Positions 46,050 through 55,280 of a stretch of 64,000 nt of DNA are shown here, one piece after another. The first letter of the stretch is position 1; each line of letters begins with the position of its first letter. Position numbers and translations under genes: made by a program. The stretch is from Pseudomonadota bacterium (GTDB taxonomy: Bacteria; Bdellovibrionota; FAC87; UBA2466). The stretch covers positions 9,732-73,731 of the forward strand of contig JAYUGC010000058.1 of NCBI GenBank assembly GCA_043767805.1, in the 5' to 3' direction. The notes under the pieces were generated by a model that was not told the DNA's origin, searched no databases, and saw only the letters and a program-made list of their open reading frames with translations.

Positions 46050-46115
46050 CGCGTTATAATTGAGCGCCGAGGCGAGCGCCACTTAAGGTAGAATGGAGGG
46101 TAATCCATCCTCTCC

Positions 46116-47156
46116 ATGACTACCCTTTATCCGCTTTCCGAGCTACCCGCCGATCTCAAAGCGAAATGGGCCAAGCTCGCGCGCGCGAATCCCGGTTTGC
46201 CCGGGCCGTGCTTTCACCCGGACTTGTTTTGCGCCGTCGGCCGCGAGTTTAGGGACGCTTATGTCGCGGTACTGAGCCAAGGCGATAAGCTCGGCTTTCT
46301 GCCGTTCTACAAAGACGCTTCCTCGAAGCTCGCCGCTTCCATTCCGATGTGCGACTACCAGGCGGTTATCGGAGCGCCCGGCACGCGCTGGAATCTGGAC
46401 GAAGCTTTGCGCGACCTGGGTCTCGTGGCGTGGGACTTCGAGTATCTCGTGGGCCTATCGGACTTGGAATTTGGGAGCGCCTTTCTAAAAAATGGCGGCG
46501 CGCCCCGCATCGATCTCCGCCAAGGCACGGACGCTTACTTCAAGCAGATGCTTTCCCGTGACGTTTCTCTGAGAAACCTCATGCTCAAGCGCGATAAGCT
46601 ACAGAAGAAGCACGGCGAAATCCGCTTCGTGCAGGAAGAGGCCGGCTCCGCCCTCATCGATACCATCCTCGCCTGGAAGGCGAAGCGGTTTAACGACGGA
46701 AAACCCATCGACCCCAGAGTAAAGCGCGTGCTCGAGACTTTGAAAGTGGGCGATGAGGTGGCCGGGATTACGTCGGGGCTCTACGCGGGAGACGCGCTCG
46801 TCGCCGCGCATTTCGGCATTCGCTTGGACGGCATTCTCCATTACTGGTTTCCCGGCTTTAACCCCGAGTTCGGCCGCTTCACGCCCGGGCATCTGCTCGT
46901 CTATGAGCTCTTGATGAATCTCGAGGGCATGGGCTGTAAGATTCTCGACTTCGGTCCCGGCGGCGAAGCGTACAAACAATATTTCTGTAATGACTCGCTT
47001 CCGGTGACGAGCGGAGGCATCGAGCTTTTCTCCCGCTTCACGCTCGCGCGTAGGTGCCGCCGGAATCTGGAGAGCGCGGTGCGATCCACGGGCTGGCTCT
47101 ACAAGGGAGTGCAACCCATCGTCCGCAAGCTGCGCAACTTGAAAACGCGTCCTTGA
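46116..47156 (+). CDS. CelD/BcsL-like GNAT acyltransferase
   Basis: CDYQ, AAHFG, FTPGHLL, LDFGPGGEAYK. Confidence 0.8.
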   Translation: MTTLYPLSELPADLKAKWAKLARANPGLPGPCFHPDLFCAVGREFRDAYVAVLSQGDKLGFLPFYKDASSKLAASIPMCDYQAVIGAPGTRWNLDEALRDLGLVAWDFEYLVGLSDLEFGSAFLKNGGAPRIDLRQGTDAYFKQMLSRDVSLRNLMLKRDKLQKKHGEIRFVQEEAGSALIDTILAWKAKRFNDGKPIDPRVKRVLETLKVGDEVAGITSGLYAGDALVAAHFGIRLDGILHYWFPGFNPEFGRFTPGHLLVYELLMNLEGMGCKILDFGPGGEAYKQYFCNDSLPVTSGGIELFSRFTLARRCRRNLESAVRSTGWLYKGVQPIVRKLRNLKTRP

Positions 47157-47158
47157 AC

Positions 47159-48064
47159 ATGCTGGCTTGGCTTAAGAAAAAACTCCGCTTTCACCCGCGC
47201 GCTTTTCTCCATGCCTTTTTGACCTACCCTCGTTTCCTGGGCCGCATCAAGCCCGAGCTCATGACGGGCCGCGAGGAAGAGATCCGCGTCCGGCTCTTGT
47301 CACTCGGCTCGCGCTGGGAGCCGGCCAATTTGTCGGTTCCCGTCGGCCGTCGTTTGCTCGTGATAGCGCCTCATGCCGACGACGAGGCCATCGGCGTGGG
47401 CGGCCTGCTGCTCGCCCACCGCGGGCAGGCCGAAGTGCACATCGTCAACGTGTTCAACGGCGAGGGCGGAGGCCGACTTTCGGGGCGCGCGCGCGAAGAG
47501 ACGGACAGCTACAAAGGCGAGCTCGTCGAAGCGCGCAAAAAAGAGCTGGGACGGGTGGCGGCAAAGATCGGAGCGGCGTCGGTCACTCATCTCGGGCTTC
47601 GGGACGGCCAAGGGCTTCCCTCGGCGGAGGCGGTTCGCCGGTTGAAGGATATCATCGACAAAATTAAGCCCGACGTGGTGCTGCTACCGTGGTTCCTGGA
47701 CAATCAGCGGGACCATAAGGTGGCCAACCTTTTATACGCGTCGGCCTGCGCGGAGTATGATTGTCTGGTTTTGGGGTTCGAGATTTGGACACTGTGCCAT
47801 CCGAACGCACATTTCGATATTACTGATTGGCTGGATGAAAAAGTGAAACTGGTGAGCGAGTACCAAACGCAAACCGCCGACATCGATTACGCCGGCTACG
47901 CGCGCGGCCTCGGGGCGACTCGGGGCTTTCTCCAGAATGTCCGCAACGGGCGTGGCGCCGCCGAAGCTTTATTCGCGGTTCCGGGCCCCGACTATTGCGA
48001 GATCGTGCACTCCTTGTTCGGCACCCTCGCGAACTTGACTCCGACGGGGCGGGCCCTTTCTTGA
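47159..48064 (+). CDS. PIG-L/LmbE family deacetylase
   Basis: IAPHADDEAIGVGG, RKKE, RDH; start ATG 47159. Confidence 0.85.
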   Translation: MLAWLKKKLRFHPRAFLHAFLTYPRFLGRIKPELMTGREEEIRVRLLSLGSRWEPANLSVPVGRRLLVIAPHADDEAIGVGGLLLAHRGQAEVHIVNVFNGEGGGRLSGRAREETDSYKGELVEARKKELGRVAAKIGAASVTHLGLRDGQGLPSAEAVRRLKDIIDKIKPDVVLLPWFLDNQRDHKVANLLYASACAEYDCLVLGFEIWTLCHPNAHFDITDWLDEKVKLVSEYQTQTADIDYAGYARGLGATRGFLQNVRNGRGAAEALFAVPGPDYCEIVHSLFGTLANLTPTGRALS

Positions 48065-48663
48065 GCGACAGAAATGTCATCTACCGCGGGCTTCGGTTCT
48101 TCAGAAGCCGCTTTCGCAAAGCGATGAAGCTCAGAGCGGTGATTTTTTTCGAAAGCGCGCCGGCCGCCCACCGCCCGAAGTTCGAGGGTAAGTTCATCGA
48201 GGTCGATCACGAACAGTTCGATAAGTGGGTGTGGACTATCCACTATTTTCCCTGGCCCAACCCGAAAATTTCGCATCAGCGGTTAAACGAGAACACCAAG
48301 CTCTACGCGCTGATAGAAGGCGACATTCCCGTTTGTCTGGGCTGGGTAACCCGGTCGAGTACGTTTCCTCTGGGAGAGCTGGAGGGGAAGTGCGATTTCG
48401 ATCCGCCGACGGACATGATTTGGGATTGCGTGACGCTCGCCAACGAGCGCCGCAAGGGGCACTTCACCCGTTTCTTGACAGGGCTGCAGGCGCGTTTTCC
48501 GCAGACGACTTTCAGCATTTTTTGCCTGCCCGACAATCACGCCTCCGCGGGCTCGATCCGCAAGGCCGGCTTTCGCCCCTGGAGCTTCGTCCGCGTCTCG
48601 CGCTTCGGCACGAAGGTGAAGATGTTCTCGGCTAGCGGCGGCCGCATCTCGTTTCACTTTTGA
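48061..48663 (+). CDS. GNAT-family acetyltransferase-like protein
   Basis: WDCVTLANERRKG and NHASAGSIRKAGF; TTG start overlaps the upstream stop. Confidence 0.65.
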   Translation: MSDRNVIYRGLRFFRSRFRKAMKLRAVIFFESAPAAHRPKFEGKFIEVDHEQFDKWVWTIHYFPWPNPKISHQRLNENTKLYALIEGDIPVCLGWVTRSSTFPLGELEGKCDFDPPTDMIWDCVTLANERRKGHFTRFLTGLQARFPQTTFSIFCLPDNHASAGSIRKAGFRPWSFVRVSRFGTKVKMFSASGGRISFHF

Positions 48664-49733
48664 TTTAGCGAGTGGAGCGCGGCTTTCAACGGGCCTTCGA
48701 AGGCGCTCGTCGCGAATCGCTTTGCTTCGCGCGTTTGGGCTTGGGCGAGCGCTTCCCGCAACGGGATCTCGGTCAGAACGCGGTGGAGGGCGGCTGCCGC
48801 GGCAACCGGATCGCGGTTATCGATGAGTAATCCACCGTTGCCGAGAGTTTCCGGGACGGCCGCCGCGTTTAGGGCCACGATGGGCGTGCGCGCCTGCATG
48901 GCCTCCACCAAGGGGACGCAAAAGCCTTCATGCTCGGACAGAGAGAGGAGGGCGCCGGACGTGCGGTAATATTGAACGAGGGAGCTATCGGAAACCACGC
49001 CTTTGAGAACGACCGCGTTCTTTACCTCATTCTCGAGGATGGTGGCTTTCACGCTCTCCACGTACCTGTCATCGCCTCTCAAACTTCCCAAGACGGTGAG
49101 CGTCGCGCTCGGCATCGTCTTTCGAAGCTCGGCGAGAGTGAGCACGGCTTCGCGGATGCCTTTATGGGGAACGACCCGTCCCACTACTAAAAGAGTCGGT
49201 CCAGTCCTTACTCTTTCTCCGGGCGTAATGTCTCGGTGCCAGCTTAGGTAGGGAAGCCGGAGGACGTTTTTGGCGCCTAAAGCGCGCAGCTCGCGGCATG
49301 TGTACTCGGAGATCGAGACCTGGAGATCGGAGCCTTCGATGAGGCTCTTAAGTTGCTCTCGTCCCCAGTCCTGATCGCGTTTGGCCGAGCCGGATAGTCC
49401 CGGAAGGTCGGAGGGCGTAATGTTTTGGTAGAGGAGCACTTTGGTTTTGGCGGGCCAGGACAGAAAGCGATCGGCTACTACGGTGCCGATGGAGTGCTGA
49501 TACACGTTGACGTCGGGGGCGGGAGCGCCGGCCCACGGAGGTGTCGCGTTTTTAAGTCCTTTGCGCAAAGGGCCCGCGCGCCAAGGCCCGAAGTGAAAGC
49601 TCTGTTGGCGCTCGGTGAAGATTGCCGTCTCTTTTTCCCAACGCCTGAAGAGCGCCTCCATCGCCCAAGCCATGCGGCCCACGGCATCGTGCTGTCTGGC
49701 GTGTGGCACCATCTGGTAATAGCGTTCAGCCAA
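48654..49733 (-). CDS. GT4 glycosyltransferase
   Basis: YQNITP, VGRVVPHKG, SEHEGFCVPLVEAM. Confidence 0.88.
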   Translation of the reverse strand: MAERYYQMVPHARQHDAVGRMAWAMEALFRRWEKETAIFTERQQSFHFGPWRAGPLRKGLKNATPPWAGAPAPDVNVYQHSIGTVVADRFLSWPAKTKVLLYQNITPSDLPGLSGSAKRDQDWGREQLKSLIEGSDLQVSISEYTCRELRALGAKNVLRLPYLSWHRDITPGERVRTGPTLLVVGRVVPHKGIREAVLTLAELRKTMPSATLTVLGSLRGDDRYVESVKATILENEVKNAVVLKGVVSDSSLVQYYRTSGALLSLSEHEGFCVPLVEAMQARTPIVALNAAAVPETLGNGGLLIDNRDPVAAAAALHRVLTEIPLREALAQAQTREAKRFATSAFEGPLKAALHSLNQK

Positions 49734-50289
49734 GCCAGGGCTCCTCGTTGGAAAGTACCAAAGCGTTCAAGATAGAATCTCGCCAAGCGCCGTTAAGATA
49801 CAAATAGGAACGGGCGAAGCCTTCGCGCTCGAAGCCCAGTTTCTTCAGAAGCTTCTCGCTACGAATATTTTCCGGCATGTGATTGGCTTGAAGGCGGTGG
49901 AGGCGGAGCTCATGGCGCGAGTACGCAATGATCTCCCGCAAGGCTTCCGCCATGAGGCCTCGGCCCCAATGCTCGGCATCTAGAGAATAGCCGAGGTAGC
50001 AAGCTTGAAAATAGCGGCGAAAGATTTGCGAAAGGTTAACCATTCCCACGACGGTATCGTCGGGAAACTTCAAGACGAAGCGCATCGCCGTGAGGGGCTC
50101 GAGCTCTTTCAAGGCGCCCTTCGTGGCCTTTTCCCAATGCTCGACTGAGTAGTACTCGGATCCTTGAGTGGGCTCGGTGAAGGCAAAGGACTCGCGGTTA
50201 CGCGTGACATAGGCGGCAATCGATTTCGGCTCAACATTACTCAAATGCGAAATCCGGAGCCGCTCCGTATGCAGGGAAGGGACTTTCAA
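49726..50289 (-). CDS. RimJ-family N-acetyltransferase
   Basis: TTG 50289 overlaps the upstream stop; LHTERL, QACYLGY, GRGLMAEAL, LHRLQAN, GFEREG, WRD. Confidence 0.85.
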   Translation of the reverse strand: MKVPSLHTERLRISHLSNVEPKSIAAYVTRNRESFAFTEPTQGSEYYSVEHWEKATKGALKELEPLTAMRFVLKFPDDTVVGMVNLSQIFRRYFQACYLGYSLDAEHWGRGLMAEALREIIAYSRHELRLHRLQANHMPENIRSEKLLKKLGFEREGFARSYLYLNGAWRDSILNALVLSNEEPWLG

Positions 50290-50714
50290 GCGAGAACTGC
50301 TTTCTTGAAAGCGAGGGCGCGCGGAGCCCAGCCGTTCTTCTCGTAAAAGCGGATGCCTCGCTCGTTCGCGATCCCCGTGCAAAGGCGAAGTCCCGCGAGC
50401 CCGCGTGTGGCCGCTTCCGCTTCCGCCCACGCGAGGATCTCGGCGCCGAGTCCCGATGAGCGGTGGCTTTCCTCCACGACGAGATCGTCCAGATAGAGGT
50501 GCGAGCCGTGTACGAAATCCGTAATGACGCGAAATCCCAGAACGGCGACGCAAGTGTCTCCCTCGAACCAGCCTCTCAGCTCGTACGCGCTCTGGGCGCG
50601 GGCTAGCTCATACACGGCGAGGAAAGTTTTCCAATCGAGCTCGGTGCGGAGTTGCCGCAGGAGGGCAAAGGCGATTTCGAGATCAGCGGGAGAACTGAGG
50701 CTACGATTGAGCAT
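50286..50714 (-). CDS. GNAT acetyltransferase
   Basis: LYLDDLVV..HRSSGLG, FYEKNG. Confidence 0.88.
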   Translation of the reverse strand: MLNRSLSSPADLEIAFALLRQLRTELDWKTFLAVYELARAQSAYELRGWFEGDTCVAVLGFRVITDFVHGSHLYLDDLVVEESHRSSGLGAEILAWAEAEAATRGLAGLRLCTGIANERGIRFYEKNGWAPRALAFKKAVLA

Positions 50715-50751
50715 GTTTTAGGTTTACCGCCTTCGGCGGGGAGAGGCAAAC

Positions 50752-51465
50752 CTAGTGGGTACGGGCCAGCGCGCGATTAAGGAGATCGCACGGCTGCCAA
50801 GCGTGGGAGAGGCCTGACTTTTCGGCCGCTCTGTAAAAACCGGGCATGCTGCCTCTCGAAGGAAGAAAGGAGAGATCCACACCGGTACCCATAAAAACTT
50901 CCAGCACGGCGGAGGCGCAGTTGTAACTGTTCTCGTCGAAACTCTGGGATCGCATCGGGCTGAACTGATAGCGGGTGTGTCCCATCTGCAGCCGGCGCAT
51001 GTTATTTAGGAGAATTTCCAGCTGAGCGTCGGTGAGCTCGAGAGCAATGGAACGGGTCGGGAGAGAGGGGTGATTGATCCCATCCAAGGCCCACATTTCA
51101 TTATTCTGAAAAGCGCCCGGCAAAGTTTTCCACTTCTGAGCCGGAACGTCGTAGTTGGACATGTAGGCGAGTCGTTCGTCCGGCGTCATATTCGCGGCCG
51201 GCTCGTTAGAAGATAGCTCTCCTTCGAGTTGAGGTGTCCATCCGTACACCGTGGCGCCGAGACCAAATTTGTAGGGCGGAAGCCGAATGGCGACGTGACC
51301 AGCGGCGGCCAAAGGATCTTTTTTGAAGCTGGGAAGATCCGTGCTGTAGAGGACACTGCCGGGGACCGTGCTCAGGCTCTGACGATAGAGAATCTCGATA
51401 TGAGGCGCGAAGCTTTTCGGCGAAATCCAGAGAAGCGCCGAAATGAGCACTAGCCGAAAACCCAT
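50752..51465 (-). CDS. Secreted hypothetical protein, possible permuted papain-like thiol hydrolase
   Basis: GHVAI..YGW early and YQF..YNCAS late; signal-like N-terminus from ATG 51465 (track start 51513). Confidence 0.55.
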   Translation of the reverse strand: MGFRLVLISALLWISPKSFAPHIEILYRQSLSTVPGSVLYSTDLPSFKKDPLAAAGHVAIRLPPYKFGLGATVYGWTPQLEGELSSNEPAANMTPDERLAYMSNYDVPAQKWKTLPGAFQNNEMWALDGINHPSLPTRSIALELTDAQLEILLNNMRRLQMGHTRYQFSPMRSQSFDENSYNCASAVLEVFMGTGVDLSFLPSRGSMPGFYRAAEKSGLSHAWQPCDLLNRALARTH

Positions 51466-51526
51466 TAGGTTAAGGATAGCACCTAACGGGTGGGCTTCGA
51501 AGTAGGTCGTCACTAAGCGCTTGGAG

Positions 51527-52741
51527 TTACTGGGGCTTTAGCTCGGCGACTTCGCTCGCCAGCCCGCGGTTGGAGGCCGGCCTAATCCCCAATATCGACG
51601 TCATGAGAGCGTAGAGACTGACGTTGTGGATAGGTCCGACGTCGGTACCGGGCTCAAACGCCGGTCCGGAAGCGAAGAAGATCCCGTGCATATTGGGGAT
51701 GTCGGGCAGATAGCCGTGAGCGCCTTTGGTGGTCTCGCTCCCATGCTTGCCGCCGGGAGGGACGAGGTACCAGCCCTCGTCCGCGATGATGACCCGGTCG
51801 CCGATGCGCGGGCTCTTTTGATAGTGGAGCGAGGCGGGCAGGTCCTGCTTGCGAAAGACTCTCAAGCCGGGCTGGCGAAGTTTCTTTTCGACGGACGCCA
51901 GCTCTCTCTCTTTTCCGAAGAGATGGACGACCGCTCCGTAGCCCGAGATCTCTAATTTGGCTTTGCCGAGCGCGGGCTCGAGTTTCACGAAATGATCGGG
52001 GGCGACCGGCGTCATGCCGTGATCGGAAACGAAAAGGACGTTCAGCTGATTGTCCCAGCCGTGCGCTTTCAGCTCGGTTCTCAAAATGCCGATCGCGTCG
52101 TCGATTTGCAGGATGGCTTTGCCCACTTCCGGAGAATCGGGGCCAAAGCGGTGGCCCGCGCCGTCCACGTGCTCGAAATAGAGAGTCAGGAAGCGCGGGC
52201 GTTCCTTCGTGGGAAGCTCGAGCCAGCTGATGATTTGGCGGACGCGGGCTTCCGGCGAGACGGAGCCGTCGTACTCGCGGTAAAGGCTCGGGCGGCGGCC
52301 GCCGATGGCGGCGTTGGCGCCGACCCAAAAAACGGTGCCCGCGAGGACGCCTTGCTTTTCGGCCGTGCTCCAAATGGGCTCGCCTAGCCACCATTTGGGC
52401 TCGTCCGCGCTCTTCGGGTTTTTGTACTCGAAGCGTTTGCCGTCGGTGGGATCGAACATTTCGTTGCCGACGATGCCGTGATCCTCGGCGTAAAGCCCAG
52501 TCACGATGCTGTAGTGGTTAGGGAAGGTGGCCGTCGGGAAGACGGGGAGGAGCCTCTCGGCGCGTCGGCTGATTTTACGATAGGCCGCGAGGTTGGGACT
52601 CGGGTATTTCGTCCCATAATCCCAGCGATAGCCGTCTATGGAAATGAGCAGAACCGAGGGCGCTAGCCGGTCCGCCACTTTCGGGGGCAAGCTAGTGCAC
52701 GCCGTTAGAACGAGGGCCAACCAAATTGTGGGGTATTTCAC
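51527..52741 (-). CDS. Ectonucleotide pyrophosphatase/phosphodiesterase lipoprotein
   Basis: Lipobox LTA^C; ISIDG, PTATFPNHYSIVTG, D..GH..GP, SDHGM, GAHGY. Confidence 0.93.
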   Translation of the reverse strand: MKYPTIWLALVLTACTSLPPKVADRLAPSVLLISIDGYRWDYGTKYPSPNLAAYRKISRRAERLLPVFPTATFPNHYSIVTGLYAEDHGIVGNEMFDPTDGKRFEYKNPKSADEPKWWLGEPIWSTAEKQGVLAGTVFWVGANAAIGGRRPSLYREYDGSVSPEARVRQIISWLELPTKERPRFLTLYFEHVDGAGHRFGPDSPEVGKAILQIDDAIGILRTELKAHGWDNQLNVLFVSDHGMTPVAPDHFVKLEPALGKAKLEISGYGAVVHLFGKERELASVEKKLRQPGLRVFRKQDLPASLHYQKSPRIGDRVIIADEGWYLVPPGGKHGSETTKGAHGYLPDIPNMHGIFFASGPAFEPGTDVGPIHNVSLYALMTSILGIRPASNRGLASEVAELKPQ

Positions 52742-52808
52742 AGAGCCAATTGTCTGATGAGAACCTCAAAAGGTCGAGAGTGCGACCAGAACTTAAGTTA
52801 TACGACAT

Positions 52809-53016
52809 TCCCGCGCTCGGCGCGTTCGATCCGGGACGTCACGGGTTGCTGGATGCTGGTATGAGGTAGGTTATCTTGATCTTTTCCTGCCACACTCCTC
52901 GTTGTCGTAGCGCCCTCGTTAACGAGAAATCCGAGAGGGGGAGATCAAAATAGCCTACGTCGTACCAGCATCCAGCAACCCGTGACGTCCCGGATCGGAC
53001 GCGCGCCAGCGCGGGG
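52809..53016 (+). repeat. ~80-bp inverted repeat / long stem-loop (candidate ncRNA or partition site)
   Basis: Perfect 35-bp core at 52827-52861 / 52963-52997, extended on both sides mostly through T-G pairs; 47-nt loop. Confidence 0.9.
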
Positions 53017-53098
53017 GCCCTCGACTATTAAATTTCCTTAAAACAGCGCGGCGTGGGTTGCGCCGCCGCGGCCTTGTCCCTATTCTTGGCACGCCATC

Positions 53099-53938
53099 AT
53101 GACTGGAATCGTCGTACAAAATATCAAGGGTGGAGTCGGAAAAACCACGACCACGCTGCATCTCGCGGCCGATATCGTCCGGCGGCGGCCCAAAGCGAAG
53201 GTCCTCATCATCGACTGCGATCAGCAGGCCTCGATGCGGACTTATTTCCGCGATAAACTCGAGGACGCCCAAGGCGATCTCTTCGACTTTCTCATCGAAG
53301 GCAAAGATTTCCGGACTTGTCTCGGCCGCGTTTCGCTCCTTCCTGACGGCCAAGGCGTCGTCCATGTGATGCCGTCCTCTAAGCGCCTGGCCGATGTCGA
53401 AATCCGCCTCTCTACGCTCCCGCGCCGGGAGGAGACTCTTCGCCGGCGGCTCCGGGAAGACGGGGTGGGCCGTGAGTACGATTACTTGATTTTCGATTGC
53501 CCGCCGACGTTGAATCTCCTGACTTATAACGTCGCGGTGGTCTGCAGCTATCAGATCATCCCCTGCAATATGGATTATCTGTCTCTGGTGGGCGTACAAT
53601 CGATTCTGGAAAACCTCGCCATGGTGGAAAAATATTTCGGCCGTAAACCCCATGTCCTCGGCATCCTGCCGACCTTTTTCGACGGGCGCTCGACCGTGGC
53701 GAAAGCCGTTCGTCAGAGCCTCGAAGAGACGTTTCAAAAGATTCACCCCATTTTGGAGCCCATTCGCCTGGACTCTGGGCTGAAGAAAGCCCAAATCCGC
53801 AAAGAGACGCTCTATCAATTCGATCCCAGCTCCCGGGCCGTAGAAGATTACAGTCGGCTGGGCGAAGCGGTCCTCGACGCCATCGATGGACACCGCAGCT
53901 CGTACGAGACCCGAGTCGCCGAGGAAGTCAGATTATGA
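53099..53938 (+). CDS. parA: ParA/Soj-family ATPase (orphan)
   Basis: KGGVGKTTT deviant Walker A; IDCDQQ; FDCPP; PTFFD.R. Confidence 0.9.
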   Translation: MTGIVVQNIKGGVGKTTTTLHLAADIVRRRPKAKVLIIDCDQQASMRTYFRDKLEDAQGDLFDFLIEGKDFRTCLGRVSLLPDGQGVVHVMPSSKRLADVEIRLSTLPRREETLRRRLREDGVGREYDYLIFDCPPTLNLLTYNVAVVCSYQIIPCNMDYLSLVGVQSILENLAMVEKYFGRKPHVLGILPTFFDGRSTVAKAVRQSLEETFQKIHPILEPIRLDSGLKKAQIRKETLYQFDPSSRAVEDYSRLGEAVLDAIDGHRSSYETRVAEEVRL

Positions 53939-54279
53939 CGACGACGACGAAAAAGAAGAAGTCTTCCCGCAAGGCCACGAAAAAGCGGGAGGCCGATCAA
54001 CTGACCGCATTCTTAAACGAAGCCGCGGTCGCCGCTCCCACGCCCGAAGTGCTCGTTCCCGGAAAAGATCAGGATTGGGTCGGCGAAAAGGTCGAACAGC
54101 TTCGCTCGCTCGCCGCGCTCCCCAAGAAGGAGCTCATCGGGCGCGCGGAAAAAGCCGTCGTGCAGCAAGCCCGCAAGTTTCTCAAGGCCAACGCGGAGTG
54201 CGGTATCTCCGTCTCGGGCCTAGTCCGGACCAGCGCTCTCTTCTTGCTCTCGTTTCCCTTGAAACGTCACGAGCGCTGA
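53935..54279 (+). CDS. Small ParA-associated protein with basic N-tail and possible RHH-like C-terminal helix
   Basis: ATGA overlap with parA; KKKKSSRKATKKR; GISVSGLVR. Confidence 0.6.
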   Translation: MTTTTKKKKSSRKATKKREADQLTAFLNEAAVAAPTPEVLVPGKDQDWVGEKVEQLRSLAALPKKELIGRAEKAVVQQARKFLKANAECGISVSGLVRTSALFLLSFPLKRHER

Positions 54280-55280
54280 AGCGCGGGGGCGTAGTCCGAC
54301 GTTTTTTGGCGCGCTTCGGAAAAGGAAATCATCCGGTCGCGCTCTTTGTCCCACAATTTCAGGCGCAGGCAGCGGTACATGTCCGATGGCCAGAGAGACG
54401 TGCGCGCGGGAGTTTGAAGCTCCGGGATGGCCGCCATGGCTTCCGGCAAACGGTAGAACGGAATGCGCGAGTTCAAGTGATGCACGTGGTGGTAACCGAT
54501 GTTGCCCGTAAACCAATGCATGATGGGCGAGCCTTCCATGAAGCTCGACGAGCGCACGGCCGCGAACACGAAATCCCAGTCCGCGCGAGGCTTGAGCTTA
54601 ACTTCAGGAAAGTTGTGCTGAGCGTAGAAGAGATAGCCACCCACCGAGCAAGCAATGAAGAGCGGAACGAGATAAGAGAGCACGGCGATGGCCGGGTTCC
54701 ACATCCAAAGCCCGGCAAGCAAGACGCCGTGAGCGATGAGCGCGATGAGCGAATCGAAATGGCGCTTCGGATCGGTAAAAAAGGAAACTAGGCACATGCC
54801 GAAGAGGAAGATGGGCAGGTAGCCAAAAGCGATGGTGATGGGATGGCGGGCGATGCGGTACTCGATCCGCTTATACCAGGGGGCCGCGAAGTACTCAGTC
54901 GTCGTCATGACCGGGAACGAGCCGATGCTAGCCGTCGCGATTTGCGCGTTCTTGCTGTGATGGTAGTTATGCGAGCGGTTCCACACGCGCGGCGGATTCA
55001 AAATGAACACGCCAAAGACCGAAAAGAAAGCGGTCGCCACAGGCGAGTTTTGGAAAATCGCGCCGTGCTGGTAGTCGTGATAGAGGATGAAAATCCTTAC
55101 GTAAGTGAGGCCTTCCAAAACGGACGCTAGGATCCGGAGGGGCAGGGCCACCTCGGAAGCGGCCACTACGGCCAAGCCAACGGCCACCGCGATCGTCGAT
55201 AACAAATGCCACCAGCTCAAGGCGCGGTTTTCCACGGCGTAGGGTTTGGTTGCTTTTAAAAGCTCGGTAAGTTCTCTCAT
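54267..55280 (-). CDS. Membrane fatty acid desaturase
   Basis: Three His boxes HDYQH, HNYHH and HHVHH; TM helices; ATGA overlap with the ligase stop. Confidence 0.92.
   Translation of the reverse strand: MRELTELLKATKPYAVENRALSWWHLLSTIAVAVGLAVVAASEVALPLRILASVLEGLTYVRIFILYHDYQHGAIFQNSPVATAFFSVFGVFILNPPRVWNRSHNYHHSKNAQIATASIGSFPVMTTTEYFAAPWYKRIEYRIARHPITIAFGYLPIFLFGMCLVSFFTDPKRHFDSLIALIAHGVLLAGLWMWNPAIAVLSYLVPLFIACSVGGYLFYAQHNFPEVKLKPRADWDFVFAAVRSSSFMEGSPIMHWFTGNIGYHHVHHLNSRIPFYRLPEAMAAIPELQTPARTSLWPSDMYRCLRLKLWDKERDRMISFSEARQKTSDYAPALQRS

Noticed and set aside
49726..50553. 275-aa version of the RimJ-like ORF
   Set aside because: The first 88 codons overlap the upstream GNAT in another frame; TTG 50289 gives a normal-length, stop-coupled gene.
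52809..53016. Interpreting the long hairpin as a retron msr-msd, 6S RNA or IS ends
   Set aside because: No reverse transcriptase or transposase is nearby, and there is no central bubble typical of 6S RNA; kept only as an unassigned structure.
53087..53102. TGGCACG before parA as a sigma54 promoter
   Set aside because: It lacks the -12 GC at the required spacing and overlaps the start codon.
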